Shown: one piece after another, positions 63,101 through 64,000 of the stretch
Layout of the letters: every line of letters starts with the position of its first letter
Position numbering within the stretch: the stretch's first letter is position 1
Assembly: GCA_963674865.2 (NCBI GenBank)
Contig: CAXXYE010000008.1
Span: 564,516 to 628,515, forward strand
DNA length: 64,000 nucleotides
Direction: 5' to 3'
Source: Candidatus Hydrogenedentota bacterium
Lineage (GTDB): Bacteria; Hydrogenedentota; Hydrogenedentia; Hydrogenedentales; SLHB01
Translations under genes and position numbers: made by a program
Notes under the pieces: model-generated
What the model was told of the DNA's origin: nothing
The model's input: the letters and a program-made list of their open reading frames with translations, nothing else
Database searches by the model: none

Positions 63101-63801
63101 AGGGCGCCCACCACCAGGACGATCCCGGCTGCCGGCGCCGCGCCCCACCACAACCAACGGCGCATCGCCGCTTCGGCGGGCGAGGTCCAGTCAGGCGTCG
63201 GAGGAGACGCCCCAGGCTCCGGTGGAATGGGTCCCGCCGTGGATTGGACCGGAGGCGATTCAAGACCAGAAAGGCCTTCCGCAAAACTCGGCTCGGCCGG
63301 TTCCGGGACAGACGTTGGAGCCTCGGAACCTTCGGCAGGGAGGGCTGCAGCAGCGGCTGCCGCGCTTGCTGCCGTCGCCGCGGCCTTTCCGGGCGACTTG
63401 CGTGGCTTCGGGGCGTCCGGTTTCTCGGCGCGCTGAGCCTTGGACGCCGGAGATGCCGCTTGATCGGGAGCCGTGTCTTCTGCCGTCTTGGCCGGTGGCT
63501 CACTGGGAGCCGGCTTCGGCTTGCGGGTTTTCGGAGCTCGGGCTTCCGGTTCGGGAGCGGGACGGGTTTGCCGGGGCGGGGCAGGGGGGGGCGACTGTTT
63601 CGGCTTTGGCGGCTGTTTGGGTTGTTCCGACTTTGCCGGTTGTGTGGATTGTTCGGGGGGCTGCCAGTCGGGCGGCGGAACCACTTGCACCATGCTTCCA
63701 CACTTCGGGCAGGTCACGATCTGGCCAATGGCCGAGGCATCGCGCACGTTGAGCCGGGCTTCACAGGTGGTGCAGGTGATGGCGAAAAGCACGTCAGCCA
63801 C
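60128..63801 (-). CDS. Zn-ribbon + Pro-rich + TM + DUF1559 domain protein; -1 frameshift at ~63088
   Basis: CTTC...CPKC; LSWYTAILPQLG, IPDGASNTI and GMADGSARFLS; ORFs 62950-63801 and 60128-63157 join as VMFSRKDPAP. Confidence 0.75.
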
Positions 63802-64000
63802 GGTCGGGACCTAAATTGGGGGGCGTCGTCACGAAGTCCGCGCAGGGACTCTGCTTCCCAATTGTAGGACGTTCCTGGCTGATATCGCCAGCATCCGGCG
63901 CAAGAAAAGGACGCTTTGTGGGCGATTGGAGGCCGAATTCGCGGACGCGTCGAGCCAGGCCCCCGGCATTCCGGGTGGGCCTTAGCAGCCGGCCGACAAA

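Overview
High-GC bacterial sequence that appears to be two unrelated pieces joined at ~58044. Left part (1-~58043; lineage uncertain, rich in glycan-active genes and resembling Hydrogenedentota/PVC-type genomes): a complete IS1202-like IS; a long terminator-containing leader in front of MpsC(DUF2294)-pckG; a Ser/Thr kinase-MshEN fusion; several secreted carbohydrate-active proteins; and a five-gene uncharacterised membrane transport cluster (DUF6785, M28-like/FtsX giant, OPT-like, FtsX, ABC ATPase). From ~32 kb to ~58 kb the region is accessory. At four separate loci, cargo genes lie between a gene's 3' end and a diverged duplicate of that same 3' end, among REP/RAYT remnants, a toxin-antitoxin pair, a HEPN gene and a DUF6978-like/DUF1828 pair. 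Right part (~58044-64000) looks planctomycetal: aroF with a clear Phe/Tyr/Trp leader-peptide attenuator, and a DUF1559 gene. Six same-direction (-1) frameshifts suggest sequencing indels. No rRNA, intact tRNA or CRISPR array was seen. All family assignments come from motif recognition, not database searches.
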